DNA of 64,000 bases, from positions 1,344,001 through 1,408,000 of the forward strand of contig CAWGVS010000005.1 of the NCBI GenBank assembly GCA_963826115.1, in the 5' to 3' direction. Source of the DNA: an uncultured Candidatus Rokubacteria bacterium (lineage in GTDB: Bacteria > Methylomirabilota > Methylomirabilia > Rokubacteriales > DASRDR01). Made by a program: the position numbers and the translations under genes. This document shows, piece by piece, positions 49,100 to 58,696 of the stretch. Position 1 is the stretch's first letter. Each line of letters begins with the position of its first letter. The notes under the pieces were generated by a model. The model made no database searches, had not been told where the DNA came from, and saw nothing but the letters and a program-made list of their open reading frames with translations.

Positions 49100-49735
49100 C
49101 TAGCGGCGGTCGAAGGCGAGGCGGGCGCCGAGGGCCAGGAGCACGAGGCCAGTCACCGCCTCGATGACCCGGCGGACGCCGGAGCGCCGCAGGACGTCGC
49201 CGACCCGCGCGACCACGACGGCATAGGCGGCCAGCCAGGTCAGCGTCATCCCGCAGAAGAGGAAGCCGAGGCCGAGGAGCGTCGCGAACGAGGCGCGACC
49301 GGTCGGCGCGAACTGAGGCAAGAGGCTCGTGAAGAACACCGCCATCTTCGGATTCCCGAGGTTGCTGAGAACGCCCTGCCGGAAGGCAGCCCGCGGCCCG
49401 AGCCGCCGGGCGCGCCCGACCTCCCCCGACCGCGGCGCTCCATGCTCGCCGCGGAACGCGGCCCACAAGGCGTGCGCGCCAAGCCAGACCAGGTAGACCG
49501 CCCCCGCCAGCCGGAGCGCCGTGAAGGCCGGAGCCGAGGCGACGACGAGCGCGGCCAGACCCGCGCTTGCGGCCACCGTCCAGACCGCCTGCCCGGCCGC
49601 CACGCCGAACGCCGTCCCGACGCCGCCCGCTCGCCCGCCGCCGAGCGTGTTCCGGATGGTGAGGGCGGTGTCCGGCCCGGGGGTCACGATGACCAGCGCG
49701 GCGATCCCGAGAAACGCGAGGAAGGGCGCGTCCAT
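49100..49735 (-). CDS. LysE/RhtB family translocator
   Basis: 'TPGPD', 'GAVYL..LG', 'SNL.NPK..VFF..LLPQF'. Confidence 0.9.
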   Translation of the reverse strand: MDAPFLAFLGIAALVIVTPGPDTALTIRNTLGGGRAGGVGTAFGVAAGQAVWTVAASAGLAALVVASAPAFTALRLAGAVYLVWLGAHALWAAFRGEHGAPRSGEVGRARRLGPRAAFRQGVLSNLGNPKMAVFFTSLLPQFAPTGRASFATLLGLGFLFCGMTLTWLAAYAVVVARVGDVLRRSGVRRVIEAVTGLVLLALGARLAFDRR

Positions 49736-49818
49736 CCGCCCGAGGGTCAGGCGGACGTCCCGACCCCGTCAACCGCCATCGGCCGGCGCGCGGCGCCGGC
49801 CAATCTCCGACGGGAGGC

Positions 49819-50733
49819 TTAGCGCAGGCGGAGCTTCGGGTCGATGGCGTCCCGGAGCCCGTCGCCGACGAAGTTCGCCGCGAGGGCCACCATGAGGATC
49901 GCCACGCCCGGGAACGTCGAGATCCACCACTGCGCGGTGAGCTCGCGCCCCTCCGCGACCATGGCGCCCCACTCCGGCGTCGGCGGCACCGCGCCGAGAC
50001 CCAGGAAAGACAGCGCCGCGGTGATGATGATCGCGTTGCCGAAGTCCATGGCCATCAGGACGATCGAGGGCGCCACCGCGTTCGGCAAGACGTGCCGCAT
50101 GAGGATGCGCCGCTCGCGGAGCCCGAGGGCCTCGGCCGCGCTGACGAAGTCGCGCGCGCGGAGCGCGAGCACCTGGCCGCGGGCCAGACGGGCATAGGGC
50201 GGCCACCACACGACCAGCATCGCCAGCATCGAATTGTGGATGCTCGAGCCGAGGGCGGCCGCGATCGCCATCGCGAGGATGAGCGACGGAAACGCGAGGA
50301 CCATGTCGACCACGCGCATCGTCATCTCGTCGAACCAGCCGCCCAGGTAGCCGGCGAGGGCGCCGTAGAGCGTCCCGAAGATCGACGCCAGCACCACGAC
50401 GACGGCAGCCACCGGGAGCGAGACCCGTCCACCGTAGAGAACGCGGGTGAACACGTCCCGCCCGAGGCCGTCGACGCCCAGCCAGTTCTCGGCCGACGGG
50501 GGGGCCAGGCGGTTGTCGACGTTCACCTCGGTTGGGTCGAACGAGGAGAGCACGGGCGCCAGGATCGACACCGCGACCCAGCCCAGGATGACCAGGGCGC
50601 CGAGCACGACCATCGGCTTCCGGACCAGCTGTCCGAGGACCTTCCGGGACTCGCTCCGTGACGGGGTCGCGGCGACGTCGATCAGGTCACCCTTCCCGAC
50701 CGCCACCGCCCGCGTGGCCGACGCCGTCGCCAT
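49819..50733 (-). CDS. Peptide ABC transporter permease (DppC-like)
   Basis: 'LG.D.LGRD', 'YARL.RG', 'PEWG.M', 'GDGLRDAIDP'. Confidence 0.92.
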   Translation of the reverse strand: MATASATRAVAVGKGDLIDVAATPSRSESRKVLGQLVRKPMVVLGALVILGWVAVSILAPVLSSFDPTEVNVDNRLAPPSAENWLGVDGLGRDVFTRVLYGGRVSLPVAAVVVVLASIFGTLYGALAGYLGGWFDEMTMRVVDMVLAFPSLILAMAIAAALGSSIHNSMLAMLVVWWPPYARLARGQVLALRARDFVSAAEALGLRERRILMRHVLPNAVAPSIVLMAMDFGNAIIITAALSFLGLGAVPPTPEWGAMVAEGRELTAQWWISTFPGVAILMVALAANFVGDGLRDAIDPKLRLR

Positions 50734-50734
50734 G

Positions 50735-51748
50735 TCAGGAATACCGGATCTGCGGGTCGAGCCAGCCGTAGAGGAGGTCGACCGCGAAGTTCACCAGCGT
50801 GTACATGAGCCCGATGACGAACGTCACGCCCATGATGGCCGGGAAATCGTTGGTCACCGCCGACTGGAACGCGTACCGACCGAGCCCGGGCCACGCGAAG
50901 ATCGTCTCGGTCATCACCGCGCCCGACAGCAAGCCGCCGTACGCGAGGCCGAGCACGGTGACCGTCGGGATCAGCGCGTTCCGGAGGGCGTGGCGCGCGA
51001 TCGTCGCCGACTCGCGCAGCCCCTTGGCCCGCGCCGTCCGCACGTAGTCCTGCGAGAGCACGTCCAGCATCGACGCGCGGGTCACGCGCGTGACGAGCCC
51101 CATCACGGAGCTCGCCAGGACCATCCCCGGCAGGATCAGGTGCGAGACCGCGTCCCGGAACGTCCGGTAGTCCCGGGCGAGGAGGCTGTCGATCGTGAAG
51201 AACCCGGTGACGAACGGCGGCGAGTCCATCTGCGGGCCGAGCCGGCTGGGCCCGACGGTCCAGTGGAGCGTGGCGTAGAACACGACGAGGGAGACCGTCG
51301 CCAGCCAGAAGATCGGCAGCGACACGCCGACCAGCGACACCAGGCGCGCGACGTGATCGATCACGCTCTCGCGGCGGATCGCGGCCACCACCCCGAGCGG
51401 TACGCCGATCACCAGGGAGAACAGCACGGCGACGGTGGACAGCTCGATCGTGGCCGGCAGGAAGGCCTTGAGGTCCTTGGTGATCGCCCGACGGGTATTG
51501 ATGGAGTCACCCAGCTCCCCGCGCGTCAGGTTGCCGAGAAACCGGAGGTACTGGACGTGCAGGGGCTGGTCGAGCCCCCACTTCTCCTTGAACGCCTTCA
51601 CGATCTCGGGCCGCTGGGACGCCTGCTGGCCGAGGTTCGACACGATGGGGTCCGCGGGGACGGCGTGGGAGATCAGGAACGAGATGAGGGTGACCCCGAC
51701 GATGGCCACCGCCATCAGCCCGAGGCGACGCGCGACGAACTTGCCCAT
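50735..51748 (-). CDS. Peptide ABC transporter permease (DppB-like)
   Basis: 'GLDQPL..QY', 'PATIEL', 'DYVRTARAKGL', 'LDPQIR'. Confidence 0.92.
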   Translation of the reverse strand: MGKFVARRLGLMAVAIVGVTLISFLISHAVPADPIVSNLGQQASQRPEIVKAFKEKWGLDQPLHVQYLRFLGNLTRGELGDSINTRRAITKDLKAFLPATIELSTVAVLFSLVIGVPLGVVAAIRRESVIDHVARLVSLVGVSLPIFWLATVSLVVFYATLHWTVGPSRLGPQMDSPPFVTGFFTIDSLLARDYRTFRDAVSHLILPGMVLASSVMGLVTRVTRASMLDVLSQDYVRTARAKGLRESATIARHALRNALIPTVTVLGLAYGGLLSGAVMTETIFAWPGLGRYAFQSAVTNDFPAIMGVTFVIGLMYTLVNFAVDLLYGWLDPQIRYS

Positions 51749-51753
51749 CAGCC

Positions 51754-51791
51754 GAGAAAACGCGGGGACCGCACCGTCTGCGGTCCCCGCG
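51754..51791 (-). terminator. Intrinsic terminator/attenuator between SBP and permease
   Basis: 13-bp stem CGCGGGGACCGCA-GACGG-TGCGGTCCCCGCG followed by TTTTCTC on the minus strand. Confidence 0.65.
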
Positions 51792-51825
51792 ACGTCTTCC
51801 TTGAAGTCCGGGAGTGAGCCGGCCG

Positions 51826-53433
51826 CTACTTCTTGTCCACGCCGTAGATGCGCGCGGCGCCGAGCGGCAGGTACTCGTATCCCTCGATGTTCGGGCGAAC
51901 CACGACTTCCGCCTTGCCCTGGACGAGGTTCACGTACGGGCCGTTCTCGACCAGGTACGCGAGAAGCTCCTTGTACAGCCCGGACCGCCGCTTCGTGTCG
52001 ACCTCCGCGTCGGCCTTGTGGGCCATGTCCTTCGCCTTCGGATCGTCCCACCGGAGCCGGGGCGCCCACGTGTGGAGGATCATCTGCCCGGTGAAGTCGC
52101 TGGGCCCGATGTAGTCCGGCTGGTTGTACGAGATGACGGCGATCTGATCCTTCTGGCGGTACTTCGACAGCATGACCGAGAACTCCGCGGGCACAAGCTG
52201 CACCTCGACGCCGATCTTCTTCAGGTCGGACTGAACCTTCTGGGCCACCGACTCGTAGGTGATGCCGGCCGGCGACGGGCCCGTCCCGTACAGGAGCGGG
52301 TACTTGAACCCGTTCGGGAAGCCCGCCTTCGCCAGGAGGTCCTTGGCGAGCTTCAGGTCATACTTCGGGTTCAGCTTGTCGGCCTCGGCCTGGTTCTCGA
52401 GGCCCAGCACGCCGATCGGATACACGGCCGGCCCGATGACCGCGCGGCCATTGGTGAGCTTGATGATGCCGGCGCGGTCCACCGCGTGGCGGAGCGCTTG
52501 CCGGACTTCCTTCTTGGCCAGCGCCGGGTGGAGCGCCGGGTCCACCGTGAGGCCCATGTACATGTTGTCCAGCGACTGCCCGATCAGGATCCGAACGTTC
52601 TTGTTGTTCTTCATCGCCGCGGTGAGGTCCGGCGTGACGTTGAGCGCGACGTCGACGTCACCGTTCTCGACCTGGAGCTTCTGGGTGGCGGGCGACGGCA
52701 CGTCGCGCGCCTCGATCTTCGCGATCTTGGCGGGGCCCTTCCAGTAGTTGGGGTTCCGCTCCATGATGATGACGTTGTTCTTCTGCCAGCCCTTCAGGAT
52801 GAAGGGCCCGCCGCCCGCCGAGTTCTGGTTGAGCCACTCCTCGGCCTTGTCGTCCTTGTCGGCGGTCGCCGAGTCGCTGGCCCCGTGCTCCTTGGCGAGC
52901 TTCGAGTCCATGATGGCGGCGTTCGGGCCCGACAGCACGGAGAACCAGTCTGCGAAGGACTCGTTGAGGACGGTCTTGACCGTCATCGGGTCGATGACGA
53001 CGACCTCCTTCAGCGGATCCATCATCCAGCCCGGGTTGCCCTTGAGAGTCTTGAGCCGCGTCAGGCTGAACTTCACGTCCTCGGCGGTGAAGGGGTTCCC
53101 GCTGGCGAACTTCACGTTCGGGCGGAGCTTGAAGGTGTACTCCTTGCCGTCCGGCGAGACCTTCCACTCGGTCGCCAGTACGGGCACGAAGGTGGTCAGC
53201 TCCTTCGGGCTCTTGTGGGCCACGAGCGTGTCGTAGACGTTCAGGTCCACGAACGCGGCGCCGAACTCGAACTCGCGCCCGGGGTCGAGGGTCTTCACGT
53301 CCGACTGGTCGAGGGCCATGATCAGCGTCTTGCCGCCACCGGACTGGGCCAGCGCGGAGGGAGACGTCCCGCCGATACCGATCAGGGCCGCGAGGGAGAG
53401 AGCCATGAGGGCGAATGTGAGGGAGCGTTTCAT
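51826..53433 (-). CDS. Peptide ABC transporter substrate-binding protein (family 5)
   Basis: Signal peptide; 'TLDP', 'LA..W..S.DG..YTF.LR', 'GPF', 'VRQAL..AVD'. Confidence 0.92.
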   Translation of the reverse strand: MKRSLTFALMALSLAALIGIGGTSPSALAQSGGGKTLIMALDQSDVKTLDPGREFEFGAAFVDLNVYDTLVAHKSPKELTTFVPVLATEWKVSPDGKEYTFKLRPNVKFASGNPFTAEDVKFSLTRLKTLKGNPGWMMDPLKEVVVIDPMTVKTVLNESFADWFSVLSGPNAAIMDSKLAKEHGASDSATADKDDKAEEWLNQNSAGGGPFILKGWQKNNVIIMERNPNYWKGPAKIAKIEARDVPSPATQKLQVENGDVDVALNVTPDLTAAMKNNKNVRILIGQSLDNMYMGLTVDPALHPALAKKEVRQALRHAVDRAGIIKLTNGRAVIGPAVYPIGVLGLENQAEADKLNPKYDLKLAKDLLAKAGFPNGFKYPLLYGTGPSPAGITYESVAQKVQSDLKKIGVEVQLVPAEFSVMLSKYRQKDQIAVISYNQPDYIGPSDFTGQMILHTWAPRLRWDDPKAKDMAHKADAEVDTKRRSGLYKELLAYLVENGPYVNLVQGKAEVVVRPNIEGYEYLPLGAARIYGVDKK

Positions 53434-53833
53434 CAGTCCGTCCTTCCTGCCGAAGCGTGAAAGGTCATTCCAGCCAGCCAGCACCGTCCCGGGAGTCGCC
53501 GTCGGTGATGCGTCGTTGCACCGCGCCAGGGCGCACCGTAATGCAGGGGTTCCCGACTGTCACGTCGGGAGCTTCCCCGACACTCGAGCGCCTCAGCATT
53601 GTACGACGAATCGTCAAGCACGGCGGACGAGGCCCCACTTCGGGCGGGCTCCCCGAGGCGATACGGCCTCCCCCGGCGAGCCCGAGCCGGCCGGGGGACG
53701 CCCTGCCCTGGACGCGTGGCTCCCCGTATAATGGCCGGAGCATGCCGCCCGGAAACGCCGACCCCGCCCCGCGTCCGGCCCGTCCGATTCCGGCGCCGGG
53801 GGCCCATCCCACGATCGCGCAAGAGGACACGCC

Positions 53834-55801
53834 ATGAAGCTCACGGGAGAGTTCTGCGAGGGCCTCTACACCACCATGGTCAAGATCCGGCGATTCGACG
53901 AGAAGGTCGCCGAGCTCTTCCAGCAGGGCATCGTCAAGGGCACCGCCCACAGCTACGTCGGCCAGGAGGCGGTGGCCACCGGCGCCTGCGCGAACCTGCG
54001 CGAGGACGACTTCATCGTCTCGAACCACCGCGGGCACGGGCACACCATCGCCAAGGGCGCCCGGATGGACCGGATGATGGCCGAGCTGATGGGGCGCGAG
54101 GACGGGTACTGCCGCGGGCTCGGAGGCTCCATGCACATCGCGGCCCTCGACCTGAACATCCTCGGCTGCAACGGCATCGTGGCCGCCGGGGTGCCGATCG
54201 GCGCCGGCGCCTCCCTCGCCGCCAAGATCCAGGGCACCGACCGGGTGGCGCTCACCTTCTTCGGGGACGGCGGGGCGAACCAGGGCGTGGTCCACGAGAC
54301 GATGAACCTCTCGTCGGTGTGGAAGCTCCCGTTCATCTTCATGTGCGAGAACAACAAGTACGCGCTCTCCACGGACACGAAGCGCACCACCGCCGGCGAG
54401 ATCGCCAAGCGCGCCGCGGGCTACGACATGCCGCACGCGCGCGTGGACGGCAACGACGTCCTCGCGGTCTACCAGGCCGTCAAGGAGGCGGTGGCACGCG
54501 CCCGGCGGGGCGACGGCCCCACGTTCATCGAGGCGGTCACCTACCGCTGGGGCGGCCACAGCATGCGCGCGAACCTCCCCGACTACCGGACCAAGGAGGA
54601 GGAGAAGGAGTGGATCGAGCGCGACCCCATCGTGCGCTTCGGCCACGGGGTCGTGGACAAGAAGGTCCTCTCGCCGATGCGGCTCAAGGAGCTCGAGCAG
54701 GCCGTCGAGCTGACCCTCGACGAGGCGGTGCGCTTCGGGATGGCGAGCGCCGAGCCCACGGTCGAGATGATGGAGTCGTCGGTCTACGCGCCCCACGAGG
54801 CCTGGAGCGAGCCCGCGTCCCGCGGGACGCGGCAGCTCGCCATGAACGAGGCGCTGAACGAGGCGCTCCACCAGGAGATGGCCCGGGACTCCCGCGTGTT
54901 CCTGATGGGCGAGGACGTCGGGCTCATCGGCGGCATCTTCCAGGTCACCAAGGGGCTCCGCGACCGCTTCGGTGAGCACCGCGTCCGGGACACGCCGATC
55001 TCCGAGCCGTCCTTCGTGGGCGCCGGCGTCGGCGCGGCGGTCGCCGGACTACGGCCGGTCGTCGAGATCCAGATCTGGGACTTCATCGCGATGACGATGG
55101 ACCAGGTCGTCAACCAGGCGGCGAAGTTCCGGTACATGCTGGGCGGGACGCCCACCGTGCCGCTCGTGATCCGCGGGCCCCAGGGCGGCGGCATCCGCCT
55201 CGCCGCGCAGCACTCCCAGAGCCTCGAGGCGTGGTTCACCCACGTGCCCGGGCTGGTCGTCATCGCCCCCTCGACGCCGTACGACGCCAAGGGGCTCCTC
55301 ACCGCGGCGATCCGCGACGACAACCCCGTCATCTTCCTCGAGCACAAGGCGCTCTACCCCCTGAAGGGCGAGGTGCCGGAGGAGCCGTACGCGATCCCGA
55401 TCGGCAAGGCGGACGTGAAGCGCGTCGGCCGGGACGTCACCGTGGTCGCCACCCAGGCGATGGTCGCCCGCGCGCTGCAGGCCGCGGGTGACCTCGAGAA
55501 GGAAGGCGTGAGCGTCGAGGTGATCGACCCGAGGACGCTGGCGCCCCTCGATGAGGACACGATCCTCGCGTCCGTCGGCAAGACTCACCGGCTGGTCATC
55601 GCCCACGAGGCGGTCAAGCGCGGCGGCTTCGGGGCCGAGGTGGCGGCGATGGTCAGCGAGAAGGCGCTCGACGAGCTGGACGCGCCGATCGCCCGCGTCG
55701 CCGCCCGCGCGGTCCCGATGCCCTACAACGACAATCTGGAGCGCGCGACCATCCCCTCCAAGGAAGACATCGTCGCCGCGATCAAGTCGCTCCTCGGGTG
55801 A
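53834..55801 (+). CDS. Fused 2-oxoacid/acetoin dehydrogenase E1 alpha+beta
   Basis: 'GQEA', 'HRGHG', TPP motif 'GDGG.NQG...ENN', beta part 'GEDVG', 'DTPISE', 'QHSQ'; TATAAT at 53727. Confidence 0.92.
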   Translation: MKLTGEFCEGLYTTMVKIRRFDEKVAELFQQGIVKGTAHSYVGQEAVATGACANLREDDFIVSNHRGHGHTIAKGARMDRMMAELMGREDGYCRGLGGSMHIAALDLNILGCNGIVAAGVPIGAGASLAAKIQGTDRVALTFFGDGGANQGVVHETMNLSSVWKLPFIFMCENNKYALSTDTKRTTAGEIAKRAAGYDMPHARVDGNDVLAVYQAVKEAVARARRGDGPTFIEAVTYRWGGHSMRANLPDYRTKEEEKEWIERDPIVRFGHGVVDKKVLSPMRLKELEQAVELTLDEAVRFGMASAEPTVEMMESSVYAPHEAWSEPASRGTRQLAMNEALNEALHQEMARDSRVFLMGEDVGLIGGIFQVTKGLRDRFGEHRVRDTPISEPSFVGAGVGAAVAGLRPVVEIQIWDFIAMTMDQVVNQAAKFRYMLGGTPTVPLVIRGPQGGGIRLAAQHSQSLEAWFTHVPGLVVIAPSTPYDAKGLLTAAIRDDNPVIFLEHKALYPLKGEVPEEPYAIPIGKADVKRVGRDVTVVATQAMVARALQAAGDLEKEGVSVEVIDPRTLAPLDEDTILASVGKTHRLVIAHEAVKRGGFGAEVAAMVSEKALDELDAPIARVAARAVPMPYNDNLERATIPSKEDIVAAIKSLLG

Positions 55802-55816
55802 TCCGGCCCTGAAAGC

Positions 55817-55886
55817 CAAACTCGGGGTCAGGCCTTAATTTTGGTTTCCCGAAACCGTCAAAGTTAAGGCCTGACCCCGGAGTTTG
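55817..55886. repeat. REP-like inverted repeat, 22/23-bp arms
   Basis: CAAACTCGGGGTCAGGCCTTAA ... TTAAGGCCTGACCCCGGAGTTTG around an AT-richer spacer. Confidence 0.75.
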
Positions 55887-55889
55887 ATC

Positions 55890-56219
55890 GTGAGGATCGA
55901 GGGGGTTCCGTTCGACACCACCGACTGGAGCGCCGTCGCGCCCACTCACCACGCGGGGGAGTCGGGCTCGGCCACGTGGCGGACCCGCGAGGTCGGCCGG
56001 ATCCGCGTGCGGATGGTGGAGTACTCGCCGGGCTACCGCGCGGATCACTGGTGCCGCAAGGGCCACGTCCTGCTGGTCCTGGAGGGTGAGCTCGAGACCG
56101 AGCTCGAGGACGGTCGGCGCTTCGTCCTCCGGCCGGGGACCAGCTACCAGGTCGCGGACGGCCACGAGGCGCACCGGTCGTCCACGCGGACCGGCGCGCG
56201 CCTCTTCATCGTCGACTGA
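55890..56219 (+). CDS. DHCW-motif cupin fold protein (start may be 55884)
   Basis: 'PF.TTDWS', 'VEYSPGY.ADHWC.KGH', 'HRS', 'LFIVD'. Confidence 0.85.
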   Translation: MRIEGVPFDTTDWSAVAPTHHAGESGSATWRTREVGRIRVRMVEYSPGYRADHWCRKGHVLLVLEGELETELEDGRRFVLRPGTSYQVADGHEAHRSSTRTGARLFIVD

Positions 56220-56234
56220 GGCGCGCCGCCGCCC

Positions 56235-58643
56235 TCAGCGGAAGATCTCCGTCCTCCCCGCCTCCCGCGCGGCCTCCCCGATCTCGTCGGCCGGCGCCGA
56301 CACGTCGATCGCGACCCGGAGCGCCCGGAGCCCCTTGACGCCCTGGAGCTCCTCGAGCTCGAGGTCCTCTATCTCGCCGGTCACGTAGCCCCGCGCGCCG
56401 AGGTACTCGAGGTAGGCGCGGTACTCGGCCGCCTCCGCGGGCTGCGAGTACACGACGGCGAGCATGCCGGGCTGAGTCGCGCGCTCGCGGGTCCCCTGCA
56501 CCAGCGCCTTGTCGATCCGCTTCTTGATGACCTCGTAGCGGACGTTGTAGGCGCCGTCCACGTCGAAGCGCCGCTCGTCGAACCGGAAGCGGATCGACAG
56601 CGGGGAGTGGTGCGCCAGGACGAGGTGCGTGGTGACGAGCGGCACCGTCAGGCGCGGAAGGATCGCCTCCGTGCGCCGGGCGATCCCGCAGGTCACCATG
56701 AGCTGCCAGAGGCGCAGGTTCCGTAGATACATCTCGTCGAACCGGCCGTCCTCGACGAGGCTCCGGCCGATGTAGATCGTGTGATCGACCCCGTCGGTCC
56801 GCAGGCGCTCGAAGTAGTGCGGGAACATCCCCTGCGCCAGCTCTTCCTCCGCGTCGAGGTACGCGGAGATCGTGTCGCTGACCAGCGTCATGCTCTCCTC
56901 GTAGTCCCGGCGCCGCCGGTACACGGTACCGAGCCCGGGGTCGAGGGCCGCGCGGTACTCCCCCAGCTTGTCCCGGACGGCCGGCCCGAAGTCGGCGACC
57001 TGGTCGAGCAGCGGCTCCACCTGCTGGCGCACGAACGCGAGCACGGTCACCTCGTCGCCCGAGGACATCACCCGATCGATCTGGCGGGCGTACCGATCGA
57101 TCCGGTAGCTCATCTCGTCCAGCACCGGGAGCGGACGGATCGCGCGAGCGGCCTCGACGACTTCGAGGGCCAGGCGGAGGTGCACGCCGAGATCCGCCTG
57201 GACGGCCACACCCCGCTGAACGGACGACCCACGAATGTCCGTCGCCGCGTAGAGCGGGTGCACGTCCCGGAAGACGATCGGCTCGAGCTCGGTGGCCTCC
57301 CCGCCCTCGTCGTTCTCGATGCTGTCGAGCACGGCCCGCCGGAACCGCCACTCGACCGAGGGGTGGATCGCCGTGCACTTCTCCTTGATGACCGCCTGCA
57401 CCCGCGCCTCCAGCTCGTCGAGGCTCCGCCGCACGGCCATCGAGAACAGCGGGAGGACCTCGCGGAGCTTGATCAGGCTCACCGGGCCGAGGTCACCGGG
57501 GTTGGGCGAGGTCAGCTCGACCGTGCCGATCGTCTTGTCCTGGTAGTGCAGCGGCGCCACCAGGATGTTCCGGATCCCGTGCTCCAGGAGCGAGTCCTCG
57601 TATGCGGTCCGCCGCGGGTCGTCGATGAGGTCGTCCATGACGAGCGGGCGCCCCTGGGTGACCGCCCGCTCGTGGACCGAGCCGGCGAAGTCGCTCATCC
57701 GGAGGTGCTCGGTGTCCGCGAAGATGCACCCGTGCTCCATCTCGGAGTTGTAGTTCAGGACGAAGACCCGCCCGTCGTGGAACGCGGCGAGCCCCAGGCG
57801 CAGGGCCGGCCGCCGGAGGAGCGTCCGCAGCTTGTCCTCGAGCTCCCGGAACCGCTCGCTCGAGACGATCGATTCCTTGTCGATGAGGTCCCGCTCGATC
57901 GCGGAGAGCACTTCCTGGTCCGTCACGTCCGTCGCCCGCACGACCACGAACCCCGAGAACTCGAACGCGTCGGCCGGCAGCCGCTGCGCCAGGAACTCGT
58001 GAACGTCCGCCCGACGCAGGATCTCGGCCCGCGTCGCCTCGTCGAGCGGCCGCAGCGGACGGAGAGCCCGTACCTCCAGGAAGCGCGTGCTGAACTGGAT
58101 CCGGAAGTGCCGCTCGAGACCGGAGTCGGAGTCGCGCACCGCCAGGATCAGCGGGTAATCGACGTCCAGGGTCATGCCGTAGTGGGCGCGGAGGATGGCG
58201 TCGTAGGCGTAGAGGAGGCGCCCGTGGGCGCTGGCCTCGGCGCTCATGTTCACCAGGCCCCGGACCGTATCGTCGGCATCGAGCAGGAGACGACCGAAGC
58301 TCGGGGTCGCGTGGAACGCCTTGAGCTGGAAGGGCACCGTGGCGGCCATGAAGTCCCGGTCCCAGGAACCGGCCGGAAAGACCCGCGACATCAGCACCGA
58401 CACCAGCTCGTGATGCTTCTCGATGACCGCCAGGTCCTCGATCGGCCCGCGGAGCTCGGGCGCGGCCTCGAGGCCTCGGCACACCGCGCGGGCGACGTCA
58501 CCCGCAACGCCGGGCTCCGCGGCCACGCCTTCCCACTCGGCGATCAGCGGGTCCAGGCTGAGCTCCCGCCGGTACGGGAACGCCACCGCCGGCAGCGCCA
58601 ACTGGTGACGGCTCGGAAGCGCGGACGAGGTCAGCCCGTCCAT
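56235..58643 (-). CDS. Large GAF-domain protein of unknown function
   Basis: 802 aa; GAF-like segment 'RPLV.DD...GIRNILVAPL....TIG.VEL.S'; conserved-looking C-terminal motifs; TGATAGCCT 6 nt before the ATG. Confidence 0.8.
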   Translation of the reverse strand: MDGLTSSALPSRHQLALPAVAFPYRRELSLDPLIAEWEGVAAEPGVAGDVARAVCRGLEAAPELRGPIEDLAVIEKHHELVSVLMSRVFPAGSWDRDFMAATVPFQLKAFHATPSFGRLLLDADDTVRGLVNMSAEASAHGRLLYAYDAILRAHYGMTLDVDYPLILAVRDSDSGLERHFRIQFSTRFLEVRALRPLRPLDEATRAEILRRADVHEFLAQRLPADAFEFSGFVVVRATDVTDQEVLSAIERDLIDKESIVSSERFRELEDKLRTLLRRPALRLGLAAFHDGRVFVLNYNSEMEHGCIFADTEHLRMSDFAGSVHERAVTQGRPLVMDDLIDDPRRTAYEDSLLEHGIRNILVAPLHYQDKTIGTVELTSPNPGDLGPVSLIKLREVLPLFSMAVRRSLDELEARVQAVIKEKCTAIHPSVEWRFRRAVLDSIENDEGGEATELEPIVFRDVHPLYAATDIRGSSVQRGVAVQADLGVHLRLALEVVEAARAIRPLPVLDEMSYRIDRYARQIDRVMSSGDEVTVLAFVRQQVEPLLDQVADFGPAVRDKLGEYRAALDPGLGTVYRRRRDYEESMTLVSDTISAYLDAEEELAQGMFPHYFERLRTDGVDHTIYIGRSLVEDGRFDEMYLRNLRLWQLMVTCGIARRTEAILPRLTVPLVTTHLVLAHHSPLSIRFRFDERRFDVDGAYNVRYEVIKKRIDKALVQGTRERATQPGMLAVVYSQPAEAAEYRAYLEYLGARGYVTGEIEDLELEELQGVKGLRALRVAIDVSAPADEIGEAAREAGRTEIFR

Positions 58644-58696
58644 GGCATCAGGCTATCACGCCGCGCCACGGAGGCCCCCCGCCGGAGCGCGGTCGG

